DNA of 64,000 nt from Hypanus sabinus (GCF_030144855.1 NC_082714.1:94674001-94738000); one strand, 5' to 3'; counted from the stretch's first letter, positions 38,090 to 52,305 are shown. Notes: generated by a model from the letters alone, not told the origin. Translations and numbers: made by a program.

Positions 38090-39570
38090 TTGGCCCATCG
38101 TCTACACCGAACCATTACTCTGCCTCGTCCTTTTGACCTGTAGCCACACAAGAGAGTTCAATACCACACCCATCGAAACTGCTCTTAATGTTGAAATCGA
38201 CCCCACATCCACCACTTTTCTGTATCTCCGGCAATTAAGGATGCAACAAACCTACTCAAGGACCATCAAGTTTCTTTTGGTTCCACGCGTAGATTACCAC
38301 TCTAAACTTCTACATGAATACTTGTTTTCGCCTGCTCTGCTTTTCCTCCTAATGCACAGTATCTATACAAACCCTGAGAATTTTGCTGGAGACACATTAT
38401 GTCTTTTTTTTAGTCCTGCTGATTTCCTTAAGTGTTCTCTTGCAGTTCTTATACTTGTCGATCTCTTTTGTGCATGGCTGCTTATAGCTGCTATACATCT
38501 TCTTTTCCATAATCAGAGCCTGAAAAGCTTTCGAAAACCCATGTTTCCCAAACCTCTTATCATTGTATTTATTTCTGTCAGGACTTTAAACACTCTGTAC
38601 TTTCGAAAATTCTGTTTTAAAGAACTCCCACATACAAACACCACCTCGAGAGAAAACAACATTTCCCAATTCATTCTTCCCAAATCTATTCTGCTGCCAT
38701 CCAACTTGGCATTTCTCCAATTTAGAATCTCAACCCAAGCACCACAGCTGTATGTTTCCGCAACTACGTTGAAACTAATGGCACTGTGATCACCAATTAC
38801 AAAGTGATCCCAACATAATTTATTTCACCTGCTCCGTCTCCTTCTCTAATAGGAGATCTGGTATCACACGCTCTCTAATTGACGCATATATATACAGAAG
38901 AGTACTTTCCAGATAACAATTGGCAAACTCATTCCCTTCCAGGCCTTTTACAGTATGGAAGTCCCAGTTAATTTTGGGGAAAGTTAAAATCAACTGCTAT
39001 CAAATCTTTTGTTTTATGCAACAGTTTGCGGACCTTCTGCAAGTTTGCTCCTCGAAATACCGCCAATTGTTGGGCGATCTATAATATAATCCCAGTTAAG
39101 TAGTCATACATTTCTCATTCGTCAGTCGAACAAGAAAGCCTCTCTACACGAGGTCCCCCGCCTGTCCTGACTGAGCATTGCCATGTCATTTTCCCTGGCT
39201 AGTAATGTAATCTCTCCCCTCGTTGCCAAAAGTCAATATCTGTCCTTCTACTTATTTGCTATACCTGATGTTAAATATCTGGCCCCCATAACCAGCATTA
39301 AACTGCTCTGTGTACGCGTCAATGAAATAGTGCTCAATTTTTTATAAAGTATTAAGTCCTTTCACCAGAGTTATTGAACAAGTTTGTGAATATTCCAGAG
39401 ATACTAGCAACCACATATCTCACAGGCTATGCTCTCTGCTTTCTTCTTTAAGCCCGGATGCTGAAAATGAACCACACCACCCAGTATTACAAAATCTAGA
39501 AAATTCTGTACTGGTATCGTGAGCATGTTTTCTTTGTTCCTTGTTCTACTGTGATTGGCTACAAGAGAAT
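38090..39570 (-). mobile_element. CR1 LINE fragment (endonuclease/linker)
   Basis: IDLGRMNWEMLFS-type linker and decayed EN motifs on -. The 218-aa + ORF at 38133 is antisense. Confidence 0.65.
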
Positions 39571-40226
39571 TAACCTCTGTATAGTATATGTTGACATATA
39601 CACACTCCGTTATATATTGCTTTGAGCTTTGAATTTATCATTGTATTGCTACCCTGATCCTTCGGCAAGTATTGTTTTGAAAGAGCTTCGCGGTTACACA
39701 TGGGCCTCGCACCCGTAAAGCTTAGAATCAGATTCAGAATCAGCATCAACATCACTGGCATAGGTCGTGATATTTGTTTTTTTTTGTAATTTATCTGTTT
39801 ATTGAAGTTCATCATCAAACAAACATTTCCATAAGATGTGTTTCAGACATTGTACATATATATCATATAATCACATATATCACAAATCTCCACGAAGTAT
39901 TAATCTGAGGTATACATTGATAGAAAAGAGTAGAAAGAAAAAAAAGAAAAAGGAAAGAACTAGATACAAGTAGGGAGTGATCTTTATTTTTTACAACAGA
40001 TTCATTGACTTGTGAGAATAAAATCAGGCCTATGAAGCATTATGCAGTTAAACCATTTTTCCCAGTATGAATCAAATTGTTCCAGTTTACGATTAACGGA
40101 TGCTGTTATCTTGTCCATTTTGAAAATGACAATTGTAATTTCCAATCATGCTTTTAAAGTTGGGCTATCCTGTGATAACCATTTCCTAATAAGAGTCTTT
40201 TTACCAGCCACCAACAGTATATTCAT

Positions 40227-41070
40227 TATTACGTACCCGTGACACGTGACGGTGGTGTACTTGTCACATGACAGGTGTTGAAGCTCTACTGGACTTGAGA
40301 TAATGGTCTTGTGATGGTGCAGTAACGTCATTTTCCCGCCAGTAGAGGTCATGTGACAGGTTTTATTTACAAGGTATAAAAGGAAGACCCCTCCCTGTGA
40401 GGAGGGGCAGTTCGTGGCTGGATTTTCCATGTTGACTTCATGCCACTGCGTGATTTAATGTTATGACACAGTTTATTTGAAAGGTGAAGTTTTATTTAAT
40501 GCCTAAAGTTTAAAAGGTCATTGCCAGCCGTTTCTTTATAGTACTGCTAGTTGAGAATCAGTAGAGAGTGAAGATTGGAGTTCGGGAGTTAAAAGATCGA
40601 GGAGAATCGATTTCGACGGTGAAACAGGTTTGACCTTGTTTGATCCTCATTCGGAAGGATTTCGTTGACTGTGCCCATGTTAATCCCTGTGAATAGCAGA
40701 GAAAGGATTGGGAACAGTTTTGTAAAGGAAAGGTGTGCCTTTAAGCCGTTTCATTCTTCCTAAATTTTTCGTGGAAAAAGTTCGATTTGGAACTGAAGCA
40801 AGACGACGTGAAAGAGAATTTAAATCGTTTAAAAAGTCTCTCCCCTAAATGGACTGTAAGCATTTTGAACTTTTGCAATACTACTTTGAAGAACTGTTTT
40901 TGCAACATTGCTTTAGGAACTGTTTAAGCTACCGCACAGCAGCTGATTTCCGGTTACGTGAGTGGTTTGTTTACTTTTGGGGGTTTGTTTTTCAGTGTTT
41001 AGTAAACGTGTTATTTGTTATAAAAACCCCTACCTCTCTCATATATTTATTGTTGCTTGAATCCGTAACA
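40227..41070 (+). mobile_element. Solo LTR of the Gmr1-like family, inside L1-A
   Basis: Homologous to the LTRs at 46614 and 52315. Starts TATTAC (TG mutated to TA) and ends GTAACA. The 4-bp TSD TCAT lies at 40223-40226 and 41071-41074. Confidence 0.92.
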
Positions 41071-42343
41071 TCATTAAATATTTATCTCTTTGCAAGCATT
41101 CTTGAGGTATATATCCAAAATATTTTGTCTTACTCTCTAAGGGTATTTCACATTTAAAGATGTCTTGTAGGGCATTGTGTATCCGCCTCCAATAGTTTTT
41201 GATAACAGGGCAGTCCCAAAAAATATGATAATGATTTGCATTTTGATTTCCACAATTTCTCCAGCAAACAGGGAGGTTACTATCATAATGGGATTTCTGA
41301 GAGGGTATAATAAAATATCTTATCAAGGTTTTCAATTCAAACTCCCTCCATGTCTGTGAACTGGTTTACTTCCATTGGTACCTCCATATTGTTGTCCATT
41401 CTTCCTCAGATATAATTATCCTTCCTTCCTTCTCCCATTTTGTTTTAATGTGTGAAGTCGAAAGTGTTTAAAGATTTGACAACCCCTTATACATGCTTGA
41501 AGTGATCCTACTATCATTACCTGAATTATATGCTTTTCTAAAGAGCTCTATCAAGCATGTATTTGCCTTGGTTACATTTTTAAACATATTGTCGCATCTG
41601 TAAATACCGATAAAAATCTTGTTTTCCTAATAAGTGTTTCTCTTTAAGCATTTCAAAACTGAACAGTGTTCCTTCTTTCATTATGTTGCAAAGAACTGTT
41701 ATTCCTTTAGCTGTCCAGTCCTTAAATCTAGCATCCAATTTATTTGGTGTAAAATCCGAGTCATATGCACACCTTTTAAGAATTGCAATATCTCCCTCTA
41801 GATTATATTCTTTTATAGTCGTTTTCCATATTTTAAGAGTCAATTTCACCCATGGGTTATGAATAGTATTTTTGTACCTTTGCAGGTTGTTATCAGCCAA
41901 AATTGCTGAAGGGAATGGGAAGAACCCGCTCCTCAATGTTTATCCATTAAGTGTCATATGATGTGTTGAACCAACATATCATAGCTCTCAACTGTGCTGC
42001 AAAATAATAATCTCTAAGAGAAGGTAGACCCCATCCCCCCTTTTCCTTTACTAATTGCTAAGTTTTGAGACGAACTCTCGGCCTTTTACCCTGCCAGATA
42101 TACCTTGATAGCATCTTGTTCCATTCATTGAATTGATTTTGATTAATCTCTATTGGTAGGGTCTGAAAGTGTTATAATTGTCCGGGCAGTCCATTAATTT
42201 TAATAGACTCAATCCTTGAAATGAGACTGAGAAAAGGAATCAGGTTCCATCTTGCCACATCTTCCTTATTTTTATATAAAGGCTGATAATTACATTCTGA
42301 TAATTTTGCTAAATCTTTTGGTGTAATGATGCCCAAATATTTT

Positions 42344-44995
42344 TTTATATTTTTTATTGAGTTTTCAACTGATTACAGAAGGAAAGAAAAAAAAGTTATC
42401 AACCCTTCCACCTCCCCTTAACCCCTTCCCCCTAANNNNNNNNNNNNNNNNNNNNNNNNNNNNNNNNNNNNNNNNNNNNNNNNNNNNNNNNNNNNNNNNN
42501 NNNNNNNNNNNNNNNNNNNNNNNNNNNNNNNNNNNNNNNNNNNNNNNNNNNNNNNNNNNNNNNNNNNNNNNNNNNNNNNNNNNNNNNNNNNNNNNNNNNN
42601 NNNNNNNNNNNNNNNNNNNNNNNNNNNNNNNNNNNNNNNNNNNNNNNNNNNNNNNNNNNNNNNNNNNNNNNNNNNNNNNNNNNNNNNNNNNNNNNNNGAT
42701 TCCCCACATGCTCCGTGGAGTTCATAATAGCTTTCGTAAATATATTTATTTCTTTCAACAAATAACCAGTAATTTTATCTTCGGAGCACCTAGGTATTTA
42801 GTTTTATCTTTTGTAAATAAAGGCTCCAAATTTTCAGAAATGTTTCATATTTATCTCTTAAATTATAAGTAATTTTTCAAGTAGAATACAACTAAAGATT
42901 TCGTTCTTCCAGCGATCTATACTTAAGTATGAATCCGTTTCCAAGTAACTGCAATTGCCTTTTTGCCTACTGCCAATGCAATTTTTATGAATTCTTTCTG
43001 ATGTTTATTCAATTTGGGTTTCGGTTTTGTCCTTTCAATATCGCCGAGTAAAAATAATATTGGGTTATGTGAAAGTTGTTTTCCAATAATTTGTTCCAGT
43101 AAAACTCTTAAATTTGTCCAAAAAGGTTGAATTTTAAAACAAGACCAAGTAGAATGTAAAAAAGTACCAATTTCTTGATTACATCGGAAGCATTGATCAG
43201 ATAAATTTGGGTTTCATTTATTTATTTTTTGTGGTGTAACATATAATTGATGTAAAAAGTCATATTGCACTAATCTTAACCGGACATTTGTTGCATTCGT
43301 CATACTGTCAAGACATAGTCTTGACCAACTTGTTTCTTCAATTTTAATATTCAAGTCAGTTTCCCATGTTTGTCTTGACTTATGAATTCCTTGTTTAATT
43401 GCCTGTTTTTGAATCAAACTATACATACATGAAATATATATATTTTTTTCCTTTTTGAATTAAAGTTTCTATTACATTAGGTTTCGGCAATAACATTGTT
43501 TGATCCAGCTTATCTCTTAAATACTCCCTTAATTGGTAATTGGAAATAACAGTAAATAGTGTTATTTGATATTTTGAATTTATTCTTTAATTGAACAAAT
43601 GACATTAATATACCTCGTTCAAAACAATCTCCTACATATCTAACCCCTTTTTGAAACCAGTCGTATAAATGTTGATTATCCATTGTAAAAGGAATAAGGT
43701 TATTTTGATTTAAAGCTCTCTGTGCTAATAAAGATTTCCTTATCTCATCGTCAACATTTATCTTATTCCATAAATCAATCAAATGTTTTAATATAGGAGA
43801 TTCTTTCTTTTCCCGTATCGGTTTAGATACCCACTTATATATATATAATATATTCTGATATATTTTCTCCTATTTTATCTAGTTCTATTCTAATCCATGC
43901 AGGCTTATCTTCATCAAAAAAAGATGCAATAAATCTAAGTTGATTTGCTTTATCATAATTCATAAAGTTTGGAGGTTGTAACCCTCCTAGATCAAATTTA
44001 CATGTCAATTTTTCCAACGATATTCTTGACATCTCACCTTTCGAAATGAACTTCCTCACACACTTATTCAACTCTTGAAAAAACTTCTGGGGTACTTATA
44101 TTTTTAGTATTTGGAATAAGTATTGTAATCTAGGGAATATATTCATTTTTACAGCATTTACTCTGCCTACTGATGTTATTGGTAACATCATCCATTTATC
44201 AAGATCTTCTTGATTTTTTTTTCAATAATGGTAAATAATTTAATTTATATCTTTATATCATTACCAACTCTTATACCTAAATATTTTGTACCATTTATCG
44301 GCCATCTAAATTGAGTTATTAATCGACATTGACTATAATCTCCTTCAGTAAGAGGTAGAATTTCACTTCTATCCCAATTTATTTTGTCGCCTGATATTTT
44401 CCAATATTCTTCCAATCTGGAAAATAATTTACGTAGCGAATACAATGCGTTTGTTAAATAAAGCAGAACATTGTCAGCAAATGTTAATCTTGTATTCCTC
44501 CTGGTTAACACTGAAACTCTTAATATCTGGGTCCGTTCTAATTAATTCAGCTAATGGTTCTATTGCCAACACAAATAAAGCAGGTGATAATGGACAACCT
44601 TGTCTGGTTGACCTTGTTAACTGAAATGATGTTGAAATTTGGCCATTTGTCACCACCTTAGCTTTGAGGTTAGTATTTAAGGTTTTAATTCATTTTATAA
44701 AGAATACTCCTAATCGATATTTTTCCAATCTCTTAAATAAAAAATCCCATTCCAATCTATCAAATGCTTTTTCTGCATTTAAAGCAACTGCCACACTCAT
44801 TTCCTCCCTCTTTTGTGCCAAATGAATTATGCTAAGTAATCGGGTTACATTATCTGCCGATTGTCTATTTTTGATAAATCCTGTTTGATCCATATGTATT
44901 AATTATGGTAAGTATTTAGATAATCTACGAGATAAAATTTTGCTATTATTTTATAATCGGTGTTTAACAAAGAAATAGGTCTATATAATGTTGGC
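42344..44995 (-). mobile_element. L1-clade LINE B (5'-truncated), nested in L1-A and spanning an assembly gap
   Basis: It has its own poly(T) tail at about 42340, RT (DQTGFIKNR, ALNAEKAFDRLEW, RGTRQGCPLSP-like, FADNVLLY) and zinc motif. The TSD GATGCCCAAATATTTT is at 42328-42343 and 44996-45011. Confidence 0.88.
42436..42697. other. Assembly gap (N run)
   Basis: Run of N. Confidence 1.
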
Positions 44996-45399
44996 GATGC
45001 CCAAATATTTGAAAGACTCTGTGTGCCATGCCCAGGGAATTCGACTTTCAATTTCTCTTTGTGGGCTATAGTAATATGAAAGTAATTGGGTTTTATTTAT
45101 GTTGATCTAGTATCCTGATAATCGACCGTATTGTTCAAAGGATTACATCAATTTAGGCAAAGAGTACTTTGGTTGCTCTGGATAGATCAAGATGTCATCC
45201 GCATAACAAGCCAATTTATGCTCTGTCCCTTTAATAGTAATTCCCCTGATATCTTCATTTTGTCTGATGTATTCAGCTAATGGTTCCAGATATAACGCGA
45301 AGAATAGTGGTAACTTTTTTTTTCCTTTTTTTTCCTCCAGTAATGCATTTTATGTGTGTCGCTGAGTTAGTTTTCATGGGTTCAATGTGCATTTAGAAA

Positions 45400-45760
45400 T
45401 CGGGTGGCAAAGTGGAATAATGTGCCCTGAATCGCTGAATGTGTGCTATCTACCTCCTCCCTAATTGTAACAATAACAAATGGGTTTCCTTTTTGAGACA
45501 CCGCTGCTTGAAAATGTTTTGGATTCTACGGACAGTCGTACCCATGATGGTGCAGATTGATTTTACGAAACTCTGAAGCTTACTTCGGTTGTGTGCAGTA
45601 GGAGCTGCCGTCCACCCATACCAGACGGTGATGCAGCTGGTCAGAATTCTTTCCATGGTAGTCTGCAGATATTTTACGAGTGTAACATACCAAATAAACT
45701 CCAATTCCGAATGAAATAGAGCTGCTGTCTTACATTCTTTATAGTTGCATCAATATGCTG
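45400..45760 (-). mobile_element. Rex1/Babar LINE 3' fragment
   Basis: LQTTMERILTSCITVWYG...RSKLQSFVKS. Confidence 0.7.
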
Positions 45761-47491
45761 GAACCATGTTAGAAATACACTTCAGCACTTGAAATTGCCC
45801 AAATTGTCCACGCCTGATTTTTCTATGAGGATTGATTTGTGCTCCCTCATGTTACCCTTTCTGATGTCTGCAAATGTATAGTTGGCTTGGAGAGAACAAT
45901 GATTACTGGGCAGCTGATGACAGCATGCTCCACCATTTTTGTGTCGAGTGCTACTTATTTTCCCAATTACTGAAGGTCTCATCTCTCTCCAAAGCACATT
46001 CGGCAATGGAACAACTTGTCTATTTTGGTCCAAAACCAGAAGATATACAGTGAATTCAAAATTAAATCTATGTTATTCTTCGCCCCCTATTCTGAAAGAC
46101 AACAGATCCTGATGAATGTTCTCAGCCAGAAACGGGAACTCGCCATTCGTTTCCAAAGATGCTACCTGACCTTCCGAGATTCTTCAGAATTTTATACGTG
46201 TCCATTCAACTAAACTTCGCTACCAAGGGCTCCTGCAAAACATATATGGCAAGGAAGACATTCACCAACCCCCCCCCCCCCCCACCTTTCTATCTGCGAG
46301 TACTTCCTCTTCTTGTTCTTCTTAATCCTATCATACATTATTGGGCATTGTTCACCAATAGGAGCATGAGGGAGTCCTCTTTTCAGGGCCAATAGAAGGT
46401 GGTACAGCCCAGGGGCTTCTGCTCTGACCATTTGGTGTCATAGGCCTTCCTGGCGAAGAACCCTAGGGATAGGGGGTTTGGAGCCTCTGATGACGTTTCT
46501 TTAGCTCTGGGGATTTGCGGGATGAATTTGCGAGCCGCACATCCAACCCACCTGTTTTCGCAGCCAGGTTGGCGACCGTCCATGACAGAGCTGACAATTA
46601 TATAATTGGATAATGTTACGTACCCGTGACACGTGACAGTGGTAACCTTGTCACGTGACTGGGGTTGAAGCTATACTGGACTTGAGGTAATGGTCTTGTG
46701 ATGGTGGGGTGACGTCATTTTCCCGCCAGTAGAGGTCATGTGACAGGTTTTTTTTACAGGGTATAAAAAGTGGACCATTCCCTGTGAGGAGGGGCAGTTC
46801 GTGGCTGGATTTGCCATGTTGGTTTCATGCCACTGCGTGATTTAATATTATGACGCAGTTTTGTTGAAAGATGAAGTTTTATCTAATGCTTAAAGTTTAA
46901 AAGGTCATTGCCAGCAGTTTCTTTACAATACAGCTAGTTAAGAATAAGTGGAGAGTGAAGATCGGAGTTCGGGAGATAGAAGATCGAGGAGAAACGATTT
47001 CGACGGTGAAACGGGTTCGGCCTTGTTTGATCCTTATTCGGAAGGAATTCGTTGATTGTTCTCGTGTTAATCTCCGCGAAATAGCAGAAAAGATCGAGGA
47101 CAGTGTTTTAAAGGAGAGGTCAGTGCTTTTAAACCGTTTCGTTTCGTAAATTCTTCGTGGGAGAAGTTCGATTTGGGAACCGAAACAACACGACGTGAAA
47201 GAGAATTTAAATCGTCTTAAAAAGCCTCTCCCTTAAATGGACTGTGAGCATTTTGAACTTTTGGCAATACTACTTTAAAGAACTGTTCATGCAGCATCGC
47301 TTTAAGAACTGTTTTAGCTTCATTGCTTTAAGAACTGTGTAAGCTGCCGCACAGCAGCTGATTTCCGGTTACGTTAGTGATTTGTTTACTTTTGGTGGGT
47401 TTGTTTTCAGTGTTTAATAAACATGTTATTTATTATAAAAACCCTTGCTTAACTCATATATTTATTGTTGCCTGAATCCGTGACATAAATA

Positions 47492-47510
47492 TGGGGGGCT
47501 GCGTCCGGAT
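47492..47510 (+). other. Primer-binding site resembling the tRNA-Pro PBS
   Basis: TGGGGGGCTGCGTCCGGAT just after the 5' LTR, versus the classic Pro PBS TGGGGGCTCGTCCGGGAT. Confidence 0.6.
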
Positions 47511-47608
47511 TGGATCGTTTGAGTTTAAATGCTTGCTAACTTTTGAATCGGTGTCTTGGAAAAGGGGAATACTCGATTCGTTTGTTTGATTGGCTTGTGA
47601 GTGGTATT

Positions 47609-48712
47609 CGGCAACAATGAATATTGATGAGTTTCTGGTTTCGACAGGCGCGGAGTTGTTAGCGAAGGTGAAAAAAACTGAGGTGTCTGAGATAGCTGGT
47701 AAATTGCAACTTAAAGGTATTTTGCAGACTACATCAAAGGCTGTAATACTGAGAAAAATTGCGTCACACTATGTGGATTCGGGTGTTTTTGATGAATCGG
47801 TTTTAGAGTCGTTTCCAATAAGTAATCTGGAGATGGAGTTGCAAATCGAACAAATTAATTTGGAGCGTTGTAAGTTAGAAGCTGAAAGTAAACAGTGGGA
47901 ATTTGAATATGCGATGGCGGAATAAAGATCTGGGAATCAGTCTTCTGGTTCTAAAAAACCGTTTGTTGCTTGTCAAGAAATTAAATTGGTCCCACCATTT
48001 AGTGAAACAGAAGTAGAAAGATATTTCCAACATTTTGAAACTATTGCTCGGATGTCAGAGTGGCCGAAAGATAAATGGTCAGTGTTGTTACAGAGTGTAA
48101 TTAAAGTCAAAGCACAACAAGTTTACACAGCTTTAACTGCTGCCCAAGCATTAGATTATGAATATTGTAAAAATACATATTTTAAAGTCATACGAGTTAG
48201 TCCCAGAAGCGTATAGAGAAAGATTCAGAAGTTTGAAGAAGTCTGTGGAAAAATCTTATGTGGAATTTGCCTAAGATAAAGCTATGTGTTTTGAGAGATG
48301 GGTTTCTTCTGAAAATGTAAATGAGGACTATGATACATTGAAAGAGCTGATTTTAATGGAGGAATTTAAAAGAAGCATTCCTGTTGAAGTAAGGACCCAC
48401 TTAAATGAGAGGGATACTGATAATTTGCAGGACTGTGCTAGATTAGCTGATGAGTATGTTTTAATCCGTACGAATAAATTTCCTCACGGCAGAATTTTTA
48501 ATAGGAAAAATAACATGGAGACTCAAGGTAAATCAGAAATTAAATCAGAAGTTAATGAGAAAGGTAAGGAGGAAGGAAAACTTGTGATGGAAAGACAGTT
48601 TAGTCTTATTTGTAACTATTGTAGGAAGCCTGGCCATGTAATAGCTAACTGTTTCAGATTGAAAAAGAAAGAGAAGGAAGCAGTTCCAGATGCTTGTGTG
48701 CAACATACTTAA
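47609..48712 (+). pseudogene. gag: gag (SCAN-like capsid region and CCHC zinc knuckle), disrupted
   Basis: VPPFSETEVERYFQHFE...EEFKRSIPVEVRTHL...ARLADEY and CNYCRKPGHVIANC. Stops and frameshifts are present. Confidence 0.8.
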
Positions 48713-48754
48713 GCACCTATAAAATTACCTGGTTCGATAAACACAAATGAGGTT

Positions 48755-51700
48755 TTGTTAGAGTCGGACCAAGTTAGAAAGGGATATGATCATTTTATAA
48801 CTGAAGGGTTTCTATCCTTGAAAGAAGGATCTACTTTGGTGCCAATAAAAATCCTTAGGGATACTGGAGCTTCTCAATCACTGTTGTTAGACAGTGTGTT
48901 GAAGTTTAATGAAGAGTCTGATACTGGTGAGGAAAATTATATAAGAGGTGTTGGGAGTGATTTTATGCCTGTACATTTACATAAAGTAAATTTAAAGTCA
49001 GGGTTAGTTACAGGATTGTTAAAGTAGGACTACAGCACAGCTTACCTGTGAAGGGTATTTCTTTATTGTTAGGTAATGATTTGGCAGGTGGACAAGTTTT
49101 TCCTGAAGTGCATTTGACAATTGAGTCAGAGGAACCAGAGATGAATTCTAACACAGATTCTTCCTGTGTTGTGACTAGAGCTATGGCTAAAAAGATTGAT
49201 GTGCAGAATGAGTTTGTTACTCATGACTGTTAACTCAGGATTCGAGTTTTGAGGATGTGTCAGAGACTTTCTCACCTTCATTGTTTGAACAAGATTCTTG
49301 GAGTAAGTCTGACTATGAAGATTTTTCTCTGTCTCGGAAGGAGATGATAGCAGAGCAGAATAAAGACCCTGAGATTATAAAATTAAGAGCACAAGCTTTA
49401 CTAGATACTGAAATTGAGAAGGTGCCAGTAGGATATTACTTGGAAAAAGCAGTGTTGATGAGGAAGTGGAGATCGCCTACAATTCCTGCAAGTGAGGAAT
49501 GGAATGTTGTTTACCAGGTAGTTGTCCCTAAAGTTTATCGAAATGAGATTTTGACTTTAGCTCATAGTATGCACTTAGGTAGACATCAAGGGTTAAGGAA
49601 AACTGTGGACAAGATTTTAAAACATTTTTACTGGCCTGGTCTAAGAAAGGATGTGGCGATGTTTTGTAAAATGTGCCATACTTGTCAACTTGTGGGTAAA
49701 CCGAATCAAGTTACACCAGTAGCTCCATTACAACCTATTCCAGCATTTGGTGAACCGTTTTCTAAAGTTATTGTAGATTCTGTTGGTCCATTACCAAAGA
49801 CAAAAACTGGTTATCAGTACTTGTTGACTGTCATGTGTACTTCGTCTGGGTCTCCAGAGGCAGTACCACTTAGGAATATAAAAGCTAAAACTGTGACGAA
49901 GGCCCTTATAAAATTCTTTACTTATTTTGGATTACCTAAGGAGATACAAACTGATCAAGGCAGTAATTTTATGTCTGGATTGTTTCAACAGATAGTTTAT
50001 AAATTGGGAGCTAAGCAAATCACATCGTCTACATACCATCCAGAGTCGCAAGGTGCCTTGGAGAGGTTTCATTCTACCCTCACGAATATGATTAGGACAT
50101 ATTGTGTGGAAAATGAAAGTGATTGGGATGAGCGTATAAACTTACTTTTATTTGCTGTAAGGGAATCGGTCCAGGAATCTTTAGGTTTCAGTCCATTTGA
50201 ACGTGTTTGGGCATAGAGTTAGAGGACCTTTAGCTTTATTAAAAGAACAGTGGACTAGTGAGGAAATACACACTAATTTGTTGGACTATGTTTTGAAATT
50301 TAAGGACAGGCTACATAAAGCTTGTAGCTTAGCCAAGGACAATTTAAAATTGGCTCAGGAGAAAATGAAAACTTGGTATGATAAAGAAGCTAGGATGAGG
50401 ATGTTTAAGCCTGGAGATAAGGTGTTGGTTCTTTTTCCAGTGCAAACGAATCCTTTACAAGCTAGATTTCATGGTCCTTATGAAATTGTGTCTAAAATCA
50501 ATGATGTGGATTACGTGATAAAAACTCCAGATCGTAGAAGGTCAACACAACTTTGCCATATAAATATGGTAAAACCATATTATGAAAAACAAACTGATAC
50601 TGTGACTGTTGTGGTTAGTGAGAATGGGTTAGATTTAACTAGGAACATGATAGATGATTCATCTGAATTTCATTCTAAATCCAACATTGTTTCTGTTAGG
50701 TTAACAAATTCAACCATTCTGGAAAATATTGATGAGAAATTAACACATTTACAGTTAGAGCAGAGACAACATATGAAGGAGTTGATTTTTAAATATAGGG
50801 AGTTGTTTCCAGATGTTCCGAGAAGGACTACTATAGCTTCACATGATATAGATGTTGGAGATGCCAAACCTATTAAACAACACCCATATAGGATGAACAT
50901 AGAAAAATGTGAACTTGCTGAGAAAGAAATTGAATATATGTTAGAGAATAATATTATTAGACATTCTAACTCGAATTGGAGTTCACCATGTGATATGGTG
51001 CCAAAACCAGATGGTAGTATTAGGTTTTGTATGGACTATAGGAAGATGAATGTTGTAACGAAAACAGATGCGTATCCAATTCCTAGAATAAATGATTGTG
51101 CAGATCAAGTTGGAAAGGCAAAGTTCCTTACAAAGATTGATTTATTGAAAGGGTATTGATGTGTTCCATTAATGGACAGAGGTAGAGAGATTTCTGCATT
51201 TGTAACTCCATCTGGGTTATATGAATATAATGTTCTTCCATTTGGGATGACGAATGCCCCGGGTACTTTCCAGAGGATGATTAACTCTGTGATTCAGGGA
51301 TTGAAAGATGCTGATGCTTATATTGATGATTTAGTGACAGGAAATGATACTTGGGAAGCACACATTATTGCGGTGGAGAAATTGTTTGAAAGGCTTTCAA
51401 AATCTAACTTAACTATTAATTTAGCTAAGAGTGAATTTGGACACGCCACTGGGACTTACCTTGGTTATGTTGTGGGTCATGGTAAGGTAGCTCCTGTTCA
51501 GGCAAAAGTTCAGGCAATTTTAGAGATTCCCACTCCAACGGGGAAAAAAACTCTCAGAAGATTTTTGGCAATGGTAGGATATTATCGAAAATTTTGTAAG
51601 AATTTTGCTAATTTTGCCCTTCCAGTAACTAACCTTTTGCAGAAGAATGTGAAGTTTATGTGGACAGTGCCTTGTCAAGAAGCATTTGAAAAACTGAAAA

Positions 51701-52123
51701 AAATAATATGTCAACAACCTGTGCTTAAGGCATCTGACTTTGAAAAACCTTTTTCATTAGCTGTAGATGCTAGTGATGAGGCTGCAGGAGCAGTATTGAT
51801 GGAAAAGGAATGAGGGTGATGAGGTTGATCATCCAGTAGCTTACTTTTCTAAGAAATTTAATAATCATCAAAGAAACTATTCGACAATAGAGAAGGAATT
51901 GTTATCTCTTGTTTTAGCTTTGGAATATTTTGAGGTATATGTTGGTACTACTCAAAAAACAGTTATTGTTTACACTGATCATAATCCGTTAGTTTTTCTG
52001 AGTAAGATGAAAAACAAAAATAGATTATTAAATTGGAGTTTGATGTTACAAGAGTACAATATTGTGATAACTCATATTAAAGGTAAAGATAATGTGGTTG
52101 CTGACTGTCTATCTCGATGTTGA
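48755..52123 (+). pseudogene. pol: pol: protease - integrase - RT - RNase H, disrupted
   Basis: PR ILRDTGASQSLL (about 48850). IN H..H..C..C plus VIVDSVGP/IQTDQGSNF/LERFH (49257-50216). RT PDGSIRFCMDYRK and YIDD (about 50850-51400). RNase H AVDASDEAAGAV...YTDHNPL. Confidence 0.88.
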
Positions 52124-52305
52124 ATGTACAATGTAATTTTTTTATGGAGTGTTTTTTTTCAATTGTAACACTCCTACTGTACTGTGAGTTGTAAAATGTT
52201 ATATGATGGTATTGTATATTGTATACGTTATAAAATTTATATATTTGTTTTTCTTGTAAATAATTTTTGAAATTTTTGGTCTTGTCAGACCAAAAATGTT
52301 TTTTT

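Larger units (their letters stand above)
39775..45310 (-). mobile_element. L1-clade LINE A (5'-truncated), host to two nested insertions
   Basis: Poly(T) tail near 39777, C-terminal zinc motif CWRNCGNQNANHYHIFWDCP, and RT motif LACYADDILI near 45200. The reading frame rejoins across both inserts (QRDKYLM|NILLVAGKKT and TESFKYLG|IITPKD). Confidence 0.88.

Noticed and set aside
38133-38789. 218-aa + strand ORF and similar + ORFs at 968-1532 and 33749-34153
   Set aside because: These are antisense frames of CR1 LINE fragments.
42357-42872. ORFs containing X runs (also 54613-54954)
   Set aside because: Artefacts of translating through N gaps.
46955-47149. Repeated 64-aa ORF (also at 52657-52851)
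   Set aside because: It is inside the LTRs, starts at a non-ATG codon, and is repeated only because the LTR is.
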